Below, piece by piece: positions 17,132 through 25,598 of a DNA stretch of 32,000 nt (positions within the stretch are counted from its first letter, which is position 1; each line of letters starts with the position of its first letter). The DNA comes from Candidatus Saccharimonadota bacterium (lineage in GTDB: Bacteria > Bacteroidota > Bacteroidia > Flavobacteriales > Blattabacteriaceae), in NCBI RefSeq assembly GCF_024818015.1, contig NZ_CP093908.1, positions 90,001 to 122,000 of the forward strand, read 5' to 3'. The notes under the pieces are model-generated. The model made no database searches, was not told the DNA's origin, and was given only the letters and a program-made list of their open reading frames with translations. Position numbers and translations under genes: made by a program.

Positions 17132-18074
17132 ACAACATTTTTTAAAAATTATAAATCAAAAATTTTATTTAAAAAATAAAATAATCTATGTATCAGTTAG
17201 TTCTGGATTAGATAGTATGGTTCTTTTAGATGTTCTTATTCAAATTTTGAATTTGACAATTTGTGTAATACATTGTAATTTTAACCTAAGAGGTACGGAT
17301 TCTGATAAAGATGAATTGTTCATACAAGAATTTTGTTTAAAACACAAAATTTTGTTTAAATCTAAAAATTTCAATTTGAATCCGAATCCGAATACAATTA
17401 AAAGAAATTTTTCAATTCAAATGATGGCTCGAAAATTTAGATATGATTGGTTTAAATATTTATTAAATAATTCATATTGTGATTATATAGCTTTAGGGCA
17501 TAATTTAGATGATTCAATAGAAACTTTTTTTATTAATCTTATTAGAGGTACTGGGATAAAAGGATTAATAGGAATTAATCATTTTCAAAAAAAAATTATT
17601 AGACCTTTCTCTTTTTTTTCTAAAAAAGAAATCATATCATATGCACAAGAAAATAATATTAAATGGCGTGAAGATAATAGTAATTATGATCATAAATATT
17701 TAAGAAATAGAATTAGATTTTTTTTAAAACCAATTTTAGATTATAAATTTTCTAATGGTTTTAAAAAATCTATAAAATATTTAGATTATGAATCTGTATG
17801 TTCTAAAACCCATATCGATTATATTTATAATTCAATTACAATTGAAAAAAACAAATCTCCATTTTTCTTGAAAATAGATATCAAAAAATTATTAATTTTA
17901 TATCCAATAAATACATATTTATTTAAAATATTTAATATCTATGGATTTAGTAATCCTAAAGATTTAAAAAAAATTTTAAATTCTAAATCAGGAAAAAAAT
18001 TCTTTTCAAAAAACTATTGTCTTATTAGAGAGAAAACTACTTTAGTTGTAGTAGAATCAATATTATCTACATAA
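17121..18074 (+). CDS. tilS: tRNA(Ile)-lysidine synthetase, short form
   Basis: 317 aa. N-type ATP pyrophosphatase PP-loop region YVSVSSGLDSMVLLDVL, followed by ALGHNLDDSIETFFINLIRGTG and IRPF. Overlaps aroK by 11 nt. Confidence 0.85.
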   Translation: MFYKQHFLKIINQKFYLKNKIIYVSVSSGLDSMVLLDVLIQILNLTICVIHCNFNLRGTDSDKDELFIQEFCLKHKILFKSKNFNLNPNPNTIKRNFSIQMMARKFRYDWFKYLLNNSYCDYIALGHNLDDSIETFFINLIRGTGIKGLIGINHFQKKIIRPFSFFSKKEIISYAQENNIKWREDNSNYDHKYLRNRIRFFLKPILDYKFSNGFKKSIKYLDYESVCSKTHIDYIYNSITIEKNKSPFFLKIDIKKLLILYPINTYLFKIFNIYGFSNPKDLKKILNSKSGKKFFSKNYCLIREKTTLVVVESILST

Positions 18075-18111
18075 TATAGATACTACTTTTTTTATATAAA
18101 AATGAAATGAA

Positions 18112-18864
18112 TTATATAATAGATTTTATAAATCTTTCTAGACTTTTTTCTAAATAAGACTTTTTAATAGCTTTTATAAAAGCACTTCCAATAATTGCTC
18201 CTTCAGCATATTTAAATGCTAAATTTAATGATTTTTTATCACAGATTCCAAATCCAATAAGTTTAGGAACATTTATTTCTTTTATTCTTTCTAGAAATGA
18301 TAAATTTATATTATTTTTAGTACCTGTAGTAGAATTAGATGAAACTATATATAAAAAATAATCAGTAATACTACTTAACATTTTAATACGTTTTAAAGAT
18401 GTTTGAGGAGTAATTAAAACTATAAATGCTAATTTATATTTTTTAAATATTTTTTTATATTTATTTAGGTAAATCCTTGGAGGTAAGTCTGGGAAAATTA
18501 ATCCAGATACACCAGATTTTCTACAATCTTCTAAAAATTTTATTTCACTATATTTGATAAATTGATTATAATATCCCATTAATATTATTGGAATCTTTAT
18601 ATATTTTTTTACTTTTTTAAGTTTAGAAAATAAAACTGATAGATTCATACCATTTTTTAAAGATTTTGTATTACTTTTTTGGATTATCTTTCCATCTGCT
18701 AATGGATCAGAATATGGTATTCCAATTTCTACTATATCTATCTTTAGATTTTGTAATATTTTTAATATAAGTGGCATACTATCTATAGATGGATAGCCAG
18801 CAGTGAAATATATATTTAATATATTTTTTTTTTTATTTATAAATAATCTTTTTATTTTATTCAT
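18112..18864 (-). CDS. trpA: tryptophan synthase alpha chain
   Basis: 250 aa. Motifs FTAGYPS, VEIGIPYSDPLADGKIIQ, and GFGI. Its ATG shares 1 nt with the trpF::trpB stop. Confidence 0.93.
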   Translation of the reverse strand: MNKIKRLFINKKKNILNIYFTAGYPSIDSMPLILKILQNLKIDIVEIGIPYSDPLADGKIIQKSNTKSLKNGMNLSVLFSKLKKVKKYIKIPIILMGYYNQFIKYSEIKFLEDCRKSGVSGLIFPDLPPRIYLNKYKKIFKKYKLAFIVLITPQTSLKRIKMLSSITDYFLYIVSSNSTTGTKNNINLSFLERIKEINVPKLIGFGICDKKSLNLAFKYAEGAIIGSAFIKAIKKSYLEKSLERFIKSII

Positions 18865-20657
18865 TATTTATTTTCAATATGTTTTATATATGTATCCATA
18901 TCTTTATCACCTCTCCCAGACAGATTTATGATTACCAAATCCTTTTTTTGAAATGAAAGTTTTTTTAAACTAGCTATAGCATGAGCACTTTCTAATGCTG
19001 GGATTATTCCTTCTAAAGATGATAGTTCAATTCCAGCTTCTATAGCCTCAAAATCTGTAACACTTATAAAAGTAGCACGGTTTTTATAAAATAAATTTGC
19101 ATGCATAGGACCTATACCTGGATAATCAAGTCCAGCAGATATAGAATAAGGTTCTAATATTTGTCCATATTTATCTTGCATAAGTATAGTCATACTCCCA
19201 TGTAATACCCCTCTAGAGCCTTTTTGTATTGTTGCTGCTGTTTTATTAGTATTTAATCCTAATCCTGATGCTTCTACTCCTATTAACTTAACATATTCAT
19301 CATCTAAAAAATGATAAAATATACCTGCAGCATTACTTCCCCCACCTAAACAAGCAATTATATAGTTAGGTAGTATACCTGATTCTTTTTCTTTTAATTG
19401 TTCTTTTATTTCTTCACTAATAATTGATTGAAAGTAAGATACCATTCTAGGATATGGATCTGGCCCCACTGCTGACCCGATCATATAATAACAATCTGGA
19501 TTATTAATCCAATATCTAATAGCTTCATTTACTGAATCTTTTAATGTTTTGCTTCCACTATTAACAGCTATTATGTTAGCCCCTAACATTTTCATCCTAT
19601 ATACATTTTGTATTTGTCGTTTTATATCTACTTCTCCCATAAAAATGGTACATTTTAATCCTAATAAAGAACAAATAGTGGAAGTAGCCACACCATGTTG
19701 ACCTGCACCTGTTTCTGAAATAATATTTTTTTTTCCAATTTCTTTAGCTAATAACGCTTGACCAATTGTATTATTGATTTTATGAGATCCAGTATGATTT
19801 AAATCTTCTCTTTTTAAATAGATTTTAGCTCCATATATTTTAGATAAATTTTTACAATAAAACAAAGGAGACGGTCTTCCTACATAATTATGTAATAAGA
19901 TTTTTAGTTTTTTTTTAAAACTATTATTGTTTCTAATTTTATTATATTCATTTTTTAAATAATTTATATTATTATATAGCATTTCCGGTATATACGCACC
20001 TCCAAAATTTCCATAAAATCCATGATAATCTGATAAATATTTATATTTTATTCTAGAAATGAATTTTTTCAACAAATTAAAATTTTTTAATCCAGGTTTG
20101 TTTTCAAAACAACTATTTAAATCTATTCCTAATAATTTGGGGATATTTAAATTATTGATTTTATCAAAATCATTTGAATTTATACCTCCACTTAAAATAA
20201 ATGGTACTTTAAAGTTATAATTATCAATTTTTTCCCAAAAAAATTTTTTTCCAGTACCTCCATAGAGGTTTGATTTAAAGTCAAATAAAAAATATTTTAC
20301 ATGATCTATATATTCTTTTATTTTTTCGAAATCAAAATTATGATCTATTCCAAAAGATTTAATTATTTTAATTCCCTTTTTAGAAATATTCCTACAATAA
20401 TAAGGACTTTCGTCCCCATGTAATTGGACAAAATCTAAATTATTTTTTAGACTTAATTTTAATAATTTATCTTCTTTTTCATTTACAAAAACACCAACTT
20501 TTGAAATACCAATAGTGTCAGGAGCTAAAAAATTATCTCCTACAAATCTAGGAGATTTTTCAAAAAAAATGAATCCTATAAAATCAGGGTATAAATCAAT
20601 TATCGATGATATATTATTATAGTATTTTAATCCACAGATTTTTATTTTTTTAAACAT
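18864..20657 (-). CDS. trpB: fusion protein: phosphoribosylanthranilate isomerase (aa 1 to about 205) and tryptophan synthase beta chain (aa about 206-597)
   Basis: Single 597-codon ORF. The N-terminus is IKICGLK...FIGFIFFEKSPRFV...VQLHGDES...LSGGIN, which is TrpF. From about YHGFYGNFGGAYIPEML onward it is a complete TrpB (LKREDLNHTGSHKINN PLP-lysine, GGGSNAAG, GLDYPGIGP). The junction is near nt 20040. Confidence 0.92.
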   Translation of the reverse strand: MFKKIKICGLKYYNNISSIIDLYPDFIGFIFFEKSPRFVGDNFLAPDTIGISKVGVFVNEKEDKLLKLSLKNNLDFVQLHGDESPYYCRNISKKGIKIIKSFGIDHNFDFEKIKEYIDHVKYFLFDFKSNLYGGTGKKFFWEKIDNYNFKVPFILSGGINSNDFDKINNLNIPKLLGIDLNSCFENKPGLKNFNLLKKFISRIKYKYLSDYHGFYGNFGGAYIPEMLYNNINYLKNEYNKIRNNNSFKKKLKILLHNYVGRPSPLFYCKNLSKIYGAKIYLKREDLNHTGSHKINNTIGQALLAKEIGKKNIISETGAGQHGVATSTICSLLGLKCTIFMGEVDIKRQIQNVYRMKMLGANIIAVNSGSKTLKDSVNEAIRYWINNPDCYYMIGSAVGPDPYPRMVSYFQSIISEEIKEQLKEKESGILPNYIIACLGGGSNAAGIFYHFLDDEYVKLIGVEASGLGLNTNKTAATIQKGSRGVLHGSMTILMQDKYGQILEPYSISAGLDYPGIGPMHANLFYKNRATFISVTDFEAIEAGIELSSLEGIIPALESAHAIASLKKLSFQKKDLVIINLSGRGDKDMDTYIKHIENK

Positions 20658-21435
20658 AAAAAATATTTTTTATAAACTTTTTACAGTAATTCCCTGGATT
20701 AAAGGATGACAGAAATTTTTCTCCTATTAAAAAACCATTAAATCCTAAATTATATAAATCAATTATATTTTCTATATTAGAAATTCCACTTTCAGTGATA
20801 ATCTGAAATTTTTTAGGGATTAATGAATCTAATTTTTTAGAAAGATGAATATCTACATTAAATGTAGATAAATCTCTATTATTTATTCCTAATATATCTA
20901 TATCATAAGATATTTTTGATATATCTTTTTTATCATGTAATTCTAATATTACTTCTAAACCTAAACTTTTAGCTAAAGTAGATAAAAATTTAATTTTTTT
21001 TTGATCTAAAATTTTAGCTATTAATAATATTGCATCTGCGCCTATAGCTTTTGAATGAATAATTTGATGTTCGTCAATTAGAAAATCTTTTCTTAAGATT
21101 GGAATAAATATCTTTTTACGGATTTTTGATAAATCTTTACTACTTCCTAAAAAAAATTTGTTATCAGTAAGTATAGATATTCCAATAGATCCTGCTTCTT
21201 GATATTCTTTACAAATTTTATCTAAAATCATATTTTTATTGTTAAAATCTTTAGATGGAGATTTTCTTTTAAATTCTGAAATTATTCCAATATTATTATA
21301 TTTAATTCTTTCTTTTAAAGAAAGACATTTTCTTTTAAAGATTTTTTTTTTTTCAAGTGATTGAATACTATATTTTTTTATATCTCTTATTATATCTTTT
21401 TTTTTTCTTTCTATAATTTTTTTTATAAAATTCAT
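20650..21435 (-). CDS. trpC: indole-3-glycerol-phosphate synthase
   Basis: 261 aa. Motifs ISEFKRKSPS, ILRKDFLIDEHQI, GADAILLI, and LGINNRDL. Confidence 0.92.
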   Translation of the reverse strand: MNFIKKIIERKKKDIIRDIKKYSIQSLEKKKIFKRKCLSLKERIKYNNIGIISEFKRKSPSKDFNNKNMILDKICKEYQEAGSIGISILTDNKFFLGSSKDLSKIRKKIFIPILRKDFLIDEHQIIHSKAIGADAILLIAKILDQKKIKFLSTLAKSLGLEVILELHDKKDISKISYDIDILGINNRDLSTFNVDIHLSKKLDSLIPKKFQIITESGISNIENIIDLYNLGFNGFLIGEKFLSSFNPGNYCKKFIKNIFYV

Positions 21436-22421
21436 TATATTTCTAAAAATTTTTTGAATATTTTCTTTGCTTTACCGCTTTTTAAGGCTTCTTGTGCTTT
21501 ATAATAATTAGTAGTAATACTACATTCATTTAATAAGCTAAGTGCAAAAGAAGCATTAATTGAAACAACATCATTTTGATATACAGTTCCATTACCAGAT
21601 ATTATATCTAAAAATATACGTGTATTTTCTATATTATTTTTCCCTCCTTTTAAGTCTAAAGGATTCATTTTTTTTATACCAAAATCTTCTGGATCAAATA
21701 TATGTTCCCCTTGGTTATCATAACATTTTAAAACGGATGTTAAAGAAATTTCATCATATCCATCTAAACTATGGACTATTGAATAATTTTTATCAGTTTC
21801 TTGATATAAATAATAGTATAGTCTAGCTAATTCTAAATCACTTACACCAAGTAACTGATTTTTTGTATTACTAGTATTTAATAATGGGCCTAACATATTA
21901 AAAAATGTTTTTATTCCAAGGTTTTTTCTAACCTCTGTTACTTTTTTAAGTGTTGGATGAAACAAATGAGAATGTAAATAACAAATACCTACTTTTTCTA
22001 ATTGTTTTTTTAATTTTTCTTCTTTAGACGTAAACTTAGATTGTAATATTTCAAATATATTAGAAGATCCTGTTACAGATGATGAACTATAACTACCATG
22101 TTTAATAACTTTTTCTCCTAAGCTTGCTACTATAAAACATGATAAAGTTGAAATATTGAAAGTATTTTTATTATCTCCACCAGTTCCTACTATATCTATA
22201 GCATTATATTCTTTTAAATTTAATTTAATAGATAATTCAATTAAAGCTTGACTAAACCCTTTTATTTCTTCTAATGTTGGAAATCTCATATTATATATTG
22301 CAGATATAGCGGCTATTTGATTATGATTAAATTTATCTTGATATAAAGATATCAAAACATTTTCAGCATCTTCTTTACTAAGAGTTTTATGCTCAAATAA
22401 ATAATTTAATATATCTTTCAT
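21435..22421 (-). CDS. trpD: anthranilate phosphoribosyltransferase
   Basis: Motifs DIVGTGGDNKNTFNISTLS, KHGSYSSSSVTGSSN, and FFNMLGPLLN. I prefer the ATG at 22421 (MKDILNYL...), which forms an ATGA overlap with the trpG TGA stop, over the TTG at 22433 used by the ORF track. Confidence 0.92.
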   Translation of the reverse strand: MKDILNYLFEHKTLSKEDAENVLISLYQDKFNHNQIAAISAIYNMRFPTLEEIKGFSQALIELSIKLNLKEYNAIDIVGTGGDNKNTFNISTLSCFIVASLGEKVIKHGSYSSSSVTGSSNIFEILQSKFTSKEEKLKKQLEKVGICYLHSHLFHPTLKKVTEVRKNLGIKTFFNMLGPLLNTSNTKNQLLGVSDLELARLYYYLYQETDKNYSIVHSLDGYDEISLTSVLKCYDNQGEHIFDPEDFGIKKMNPLDLKGGKNNIENTRIFLDIISGNGTVYQNDVVSINASFALSLLNECSITTNYYKAQEALKSGKAKKIFKKFLEI

Positions 22422-22990
22422 TTTTTTAACCAATTTTCTATTATTTTAAAACCATATGGTGTTAAAATTGATTCAGGATGAAATTGAACTCCACTAACAT
22501 CATAGTTTTTATGACGTATAGCCATAATTTCTTTTTCTGAACCTAAAGCAGTTATTTTTAAATCTGATGGAAACATATCTTGTGATATTACCCAAGAATG
22601 ATAACGGCCAACTTTGATTTTTTTAGGGATTTTATTAAATAAAATTTCTTTATCATCTATAATTTCTATTAAACTGGAAACTCCATGATATATTTTATTA
22701 GAATTTATTAATTTTCCACCAAAAACTTCAGCTATTGCTTGTTGACCTAAACACACACCGAAAATACTTTTACTATCCGCGTATCTTTTTATAAGAGGTT
22801 TAAGAATATTAGCATCATCTGGGACCCCTGGTCCTGGTGATAAAATAATTTTATTAAAATTTTCAATTTTATTTAAATTGATCTGATCATTTCTGTAAAC
22901 TTCTACTTTTGCATCAGTTATTTTTTTTACAATATGTACAATATTATATGTAAAAGAATCATAATTATCTAATACTAATATTTTTTTCAT
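22418..22990 (-). CDS. trpG: anthranilate synthase component II (glutamine amidotransferase)
   Basis: 190 aa. N-terminal ILVLDNYDSFTYNIV, nucleophile region IFGVCLGQQAI, and VQFHPES. Confidence 0.93.
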   Translation of the reverse strand: MKKILVLDNYDSFTYNIVHIVKKITDAKVEVYRNDQINLNKIENFNKIILSPGPGVPDDANILKPLIKRYADSKSIFGVCLGQQAIAEVFGGKLINSNKIYHGVSSLIEIIDDKEILFNKIPKKIKVGRYHSWVISQDMFPSDLKITALGSEKEIMAIRHKNYDVSGVQFHPESILTPYGFKIIENWLKK

Positions 22991-22991
22991 T

Positions 22992-24407
22992 TTACTTTAA
23001 AAGATTTTTTGCTAATTCTATAGCATTATTTAATGCCATAAGTTTATTATTAACTTCTTCTAATTCTTTATCTGCTTTAGAGCCATAAACTATTCCTGCT
23101 CCAGCTTGAAAAAAAAGAATATTATTTTTACTTATAAAAGATCTTATAATGATAGCGGTATTTAGATTACCATCTAATCCAAAAAATCCTATTGCTCCAC
23201 CATATATACCCCTATTTATTTTTTCAATATTATCTATTAATTTCATAGCTTTATATTTTGGCGTACCTGAAAGAGTTCCAGCAGGAAAAGTATCACCAAA
23301 TACTTTTATTAAAGAGATTTTTTTTTTAAAAATACAAGAAACTTTTGATACCATATGCAATACATGGGAAAAATATTGAACTTCTTTATAATTATCAACA
23401 ATAACATTTCTAGAATTTTTACTTAAATCATTTCTTGCTAAATCTACTAACATTACATGTTCAGCATTTTCTTTAGGATCTTTAATCAATTTTTTAGCTA
23501 ATTTTTTATCTTTTTCATCATTACCTGATCTTTTAATTGTCCCAGCTATTGGATTAATATAGGCTTTATTATTTTTAACTAGAATTTGAGATTCTGGAGA
23601 TGATCCTAAAAGTTTATAATCTCCATAATCAAAATAAAATAAATAAGGAGATGGATTTATAGATCTTAAAGCTCTATAAACATTAAATTCATCACCTTTA
23701 AATTTTTGTTTGAATTGTCTAGAAATTACAATTTGAAAAACATCTCCTTTAATACAGGCTTTTATTCCAGAAGAAACCATTTTTTTATATTCATCATCTG
23801 TTATATTAGAGTATTTTTTACCTATAGGATTAAAAGTAAAATAAGAATAATTTTTATTATATACTAAATCAATAATTAGATTGATTGATGTCTCATTTTT
23901 TTCAGAAAATTTATGTTCTACTATATACAGTTCATTATAAAAATGTTTAAAAATAATTAAATTTGCATAAAATCCAAATCTTATTTGAGGTACATCATAT
24001 GATTTATTTAGAAATGAATTAAATTTTATATTTTCAAAAAATTGTACACTATCATAAGATGTATACCCATAAAAACCAGAATAAGGACTACAATTATTTG
24101 TGCTATAAAATTTTTTAATAAAATTATCCAAATAAAACTGTATAGAAGTAGGAGAAGAACTATCTATAGATAGATTAGATTTTTTATTATCTGGATATAA
24201 GATTTTAATTTTCTTATTATGAATTCTAATTTCAGATATTAAATTAATACAAATTATAGAAGAATGATTTTTAGTAGTTTGATAATCTGAAGATTCTAAT
24301 AATAATAAGTTAGAAAATTTATCTCTTAATTTTAAATATAGCTCGACAGGAGTTGAAATATCAGCTAATAATTTCTTTTGAATAGTTTTAAAACTAAATT
24401 TATACAT
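22992..24407 (-). CDS. trpE: anthranilate synthase component I
   Basis: Motifs LLESS, SPSPYLFY, NPIAGT, EHVMLVDLARND, FPAGTLSGTPK, RGIYGGAIG, and AGAGIV. I prefer a start at the ATG of codon 19 of the tracked ORF (MYKFSFKTIQKKLLADISTPVELYLKL). The upstream 18 codons (MFPHRSCCCIIKIYFFHN) look non-coding. Confidence 0.9.
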   Translation of the reverse strand: MYKFSFKTIQKKLLADISTPVELYLKLRDKFSNLLLLESSDYQTTKNHSSIICINLISEIRIHNKKIKILYPDNKKSNLSIDSSSPTSIQFYLDNFIKKFYSTNNCSPYSGFYGYTSYDSVQFFENIKFNSFLNKSYDVPQIRFGFYANLIIFKHFYNELYIVEHKFSEKNETSINLIIDLVYNKNYSYFTFNPIGKKYSNITDDEYKKMVSSGIKACIKGDVFQIVISRQFKQKFKGDEFNVYRALRSINPSPYLFYFDYGDYKLLGSSPESQILVKNNKAYINPIAGTIKRSGNDEKDKKLAKKLIKDPKENAEHVMLVDLARNDLSKNSRNVIVDNYKEVQYFSHVLHMVSKVSCIFKKKISLIKVFGDTFPAGTLSGTPKYKAMKLIDNIEKINRGIYGGAIGFFGLDGNLNTAIIIRSFISKNNILFFQAGAGIVYGSKADKELEEVNNKLMALNNAIELAKNLLK

Positions 24408-24410
24408 GTT

Positions 24411-25541
24411 ATGAAAAAAGTATATTTTGATAATGCAGCAACAACTCCTATGAGGAAACAAGTTATTAACTATATGATTTCATATTTAAAAGAATCATTG
24501 GGAAATCCATCTTCTATTCATAGTTTGGGTATAAAAACTAGGTCTAATCTTGAATATTCAAGAATAAATATAGCTAATATATTAAATGCAGATCCTTCTG
24601 AAATTATTTTTACGTCTTCTGGTACAGAAGCTAATAATCTTATATTACGGAGTTGTATAAACGATTTAAAGATCAAGTATATTATTACTTCAAATATTGA
24701 ACATAAATCAATTTTAGAAACTTTAAATGACTTATCTAGAAAAGATGGTGTTGTAATTTATTTTGTGAAATTAAACAATAATGGGATTCTAGATCTAAAT
24801 GATCTAGAGAAAAAATTAAAAAAGAATAATCATTCACCTATTTTAGTAAGCCTAATGTATGTTAATAATGAAATTGGAAATATATTGGATATATATTCTG
24901 TATGTAACATTTGTAAAAAATATAAAGCTTATTTTCATTCAGATACTATTCAGGCTATTGGACATTATAATTTAGATATTAAAAAATTAAATATTGATTT
25001 TGCTTGTGGTAGTGCACACAAATTCAATGGTCCGATGGGGATAGGTTTTGCTTTTATAAGAAAAGGATTAAATATTAAAGCAATTATTACTGGAGGTTCT
25101 CAAGAAAGAGAGACTCGTGCTGGGACAGAAAATATTTATGGTATATTAGGAATGTCTAAAGCTATTTCAATAGCTAATATTAATCTTAAAAAAGAAAAAA
25201 AATATATAGAAAATCTTAAAAAATATTGTATTAAGCAACTGAAAAAATCAATACCAGGAATTAGATTTAATGGATTATCAGATTCTACTATTAAAAGTAT
25301 ATATACAATTTTAAATATAGCTATTCCTAAAAAAGATAATATGATATCTTTTAATTTAGATTTAAAGGGTGTAATTGTATCTCAAGGTAGTGCATGTAAT
25401 TCATATAAAGTGTCTCATGTCATTAAAATTTTATTGAATAATAAAAAAATGAATAAATCATCATTTATAAGAATATCATTCGGATTTTTGAATAAAAAAA
25501 AAGATATTGATATTTTAATTTCATGTCTAAAAGACATTTAG
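24411..25541 (+). CDS. cysteine desulfurase (class V aminotransferase, NifS/IscS-like)
   Basis: N-terminal MKKVYFDNAATTP, then TSSGTEANN, the PLP-lysine region GSAHKFNGPMGIG, and the catalytic-Cys loop SQGSACNS. I prefer the ATG at 24411 to the TTG at 24378. Confidence 0.85.
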   Translation: MKKVYFDNAATTPMRKQVINYMISYLKESLGNPSSIHSLGIKTRSNLEYSRINIANILNADPSEIIFTSSGTEANNLILRSCINDLKIKYIITSNIEHKSILETLNDLSRKDGVVIYFVKLNNNGILDLNDLEKKLKKNNHSPILVSLMYVNNEIGNILDIYSVCNICKKYKAYFHSDTIQAIGHYNLDIKKLNIDFACGSAHKFNGPMGIGFAFIRKGLNIKAIITGGSQERETRAGTENIYGILGMSKAISIANINLKKEKKYIENLKKYCIKQLKKSIPGIRFNGLSDSTIKSIYTILNIAIPKKDNMISFNLDLKGVIVSQGSACNSYKVSHVIKILLNNKKMNKSSFIRISFGFLNKKKDIDILISCLKDI

Positions 25542-25598
25542 GGGCTATACCTTATAATTAATTTAATTATATTTATTTTAAATGATTACGATTTGCAT

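Noticed and set aside
17378-17395. Hexamer tandem repeat GAATCC-GAATCC-GAATAC in tilS (NPNPNT), with a nearby 12-nt direct repeat ATTTTGTTTAAA (about 17330-17360)
   Set aside because: These are small in-frame slippage-type repeats in a poorly conserved part of the protein, with no evidence of function.
18089-18102. Perfect 14-nt palindrome TTTTTATATAAAAA in the 37-nt convergent tilS/trpA spacer, as a possible bidirectional terminator
   Set aside because: It is all A-T, with at most a 5-bp stem around a 4-nt loop, which is thermodynamically negligible. Such palindromes are expected by chance at this base composition.
21560-21826. 88-aa plus-strand ORF antisense to trpD
   Set aside because: It is embedded in conserved trpD. 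The composition-driven sequence has no motif, and stop codons are simply depleted in this antisense frame by chance.
22422-22433. TTG start for trpD used in the ORF track
   Set aside because: The in-frame ATG four codons downstream forms a canonical ATGA start/stop overlap with trpG and gives a typical TrpD N-terminus. This is a minor boundary choice, not a different gene.
23149-23379. 76-aa plus-strand ORF antisense to trpE
   Set aside because: Same reasoning. It mirrors the most conserved, relatively G+C-richer part of trpE, where antisense stops are rarer.
24378-24410. TTG-initiated 11-codon extension of the cysteine desulfurase (MNSFKTKFIHV)
   Set aside because: The conserved N-terminus (MKKVYFDNAATTP) begins at the ATG at 24411. 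The extension is the antisense of the trpE start region.
24408-24461. 18-codon N-terminal extension of trpE in the ORF track (MFPHRSCCCIIKIYFFHN)
   Set aside because: It is not TrpE-like and would overlap the divergent desulfurase gene. The conserved TrpE N-terminus starts at the internal ATG (24407).
25593-25598. TTG start for lon two codons upstream of the first ATG
   Set aside because: The ATG at 25599 is the more parsimonious start. The choice cannot be settled from sequence alone.
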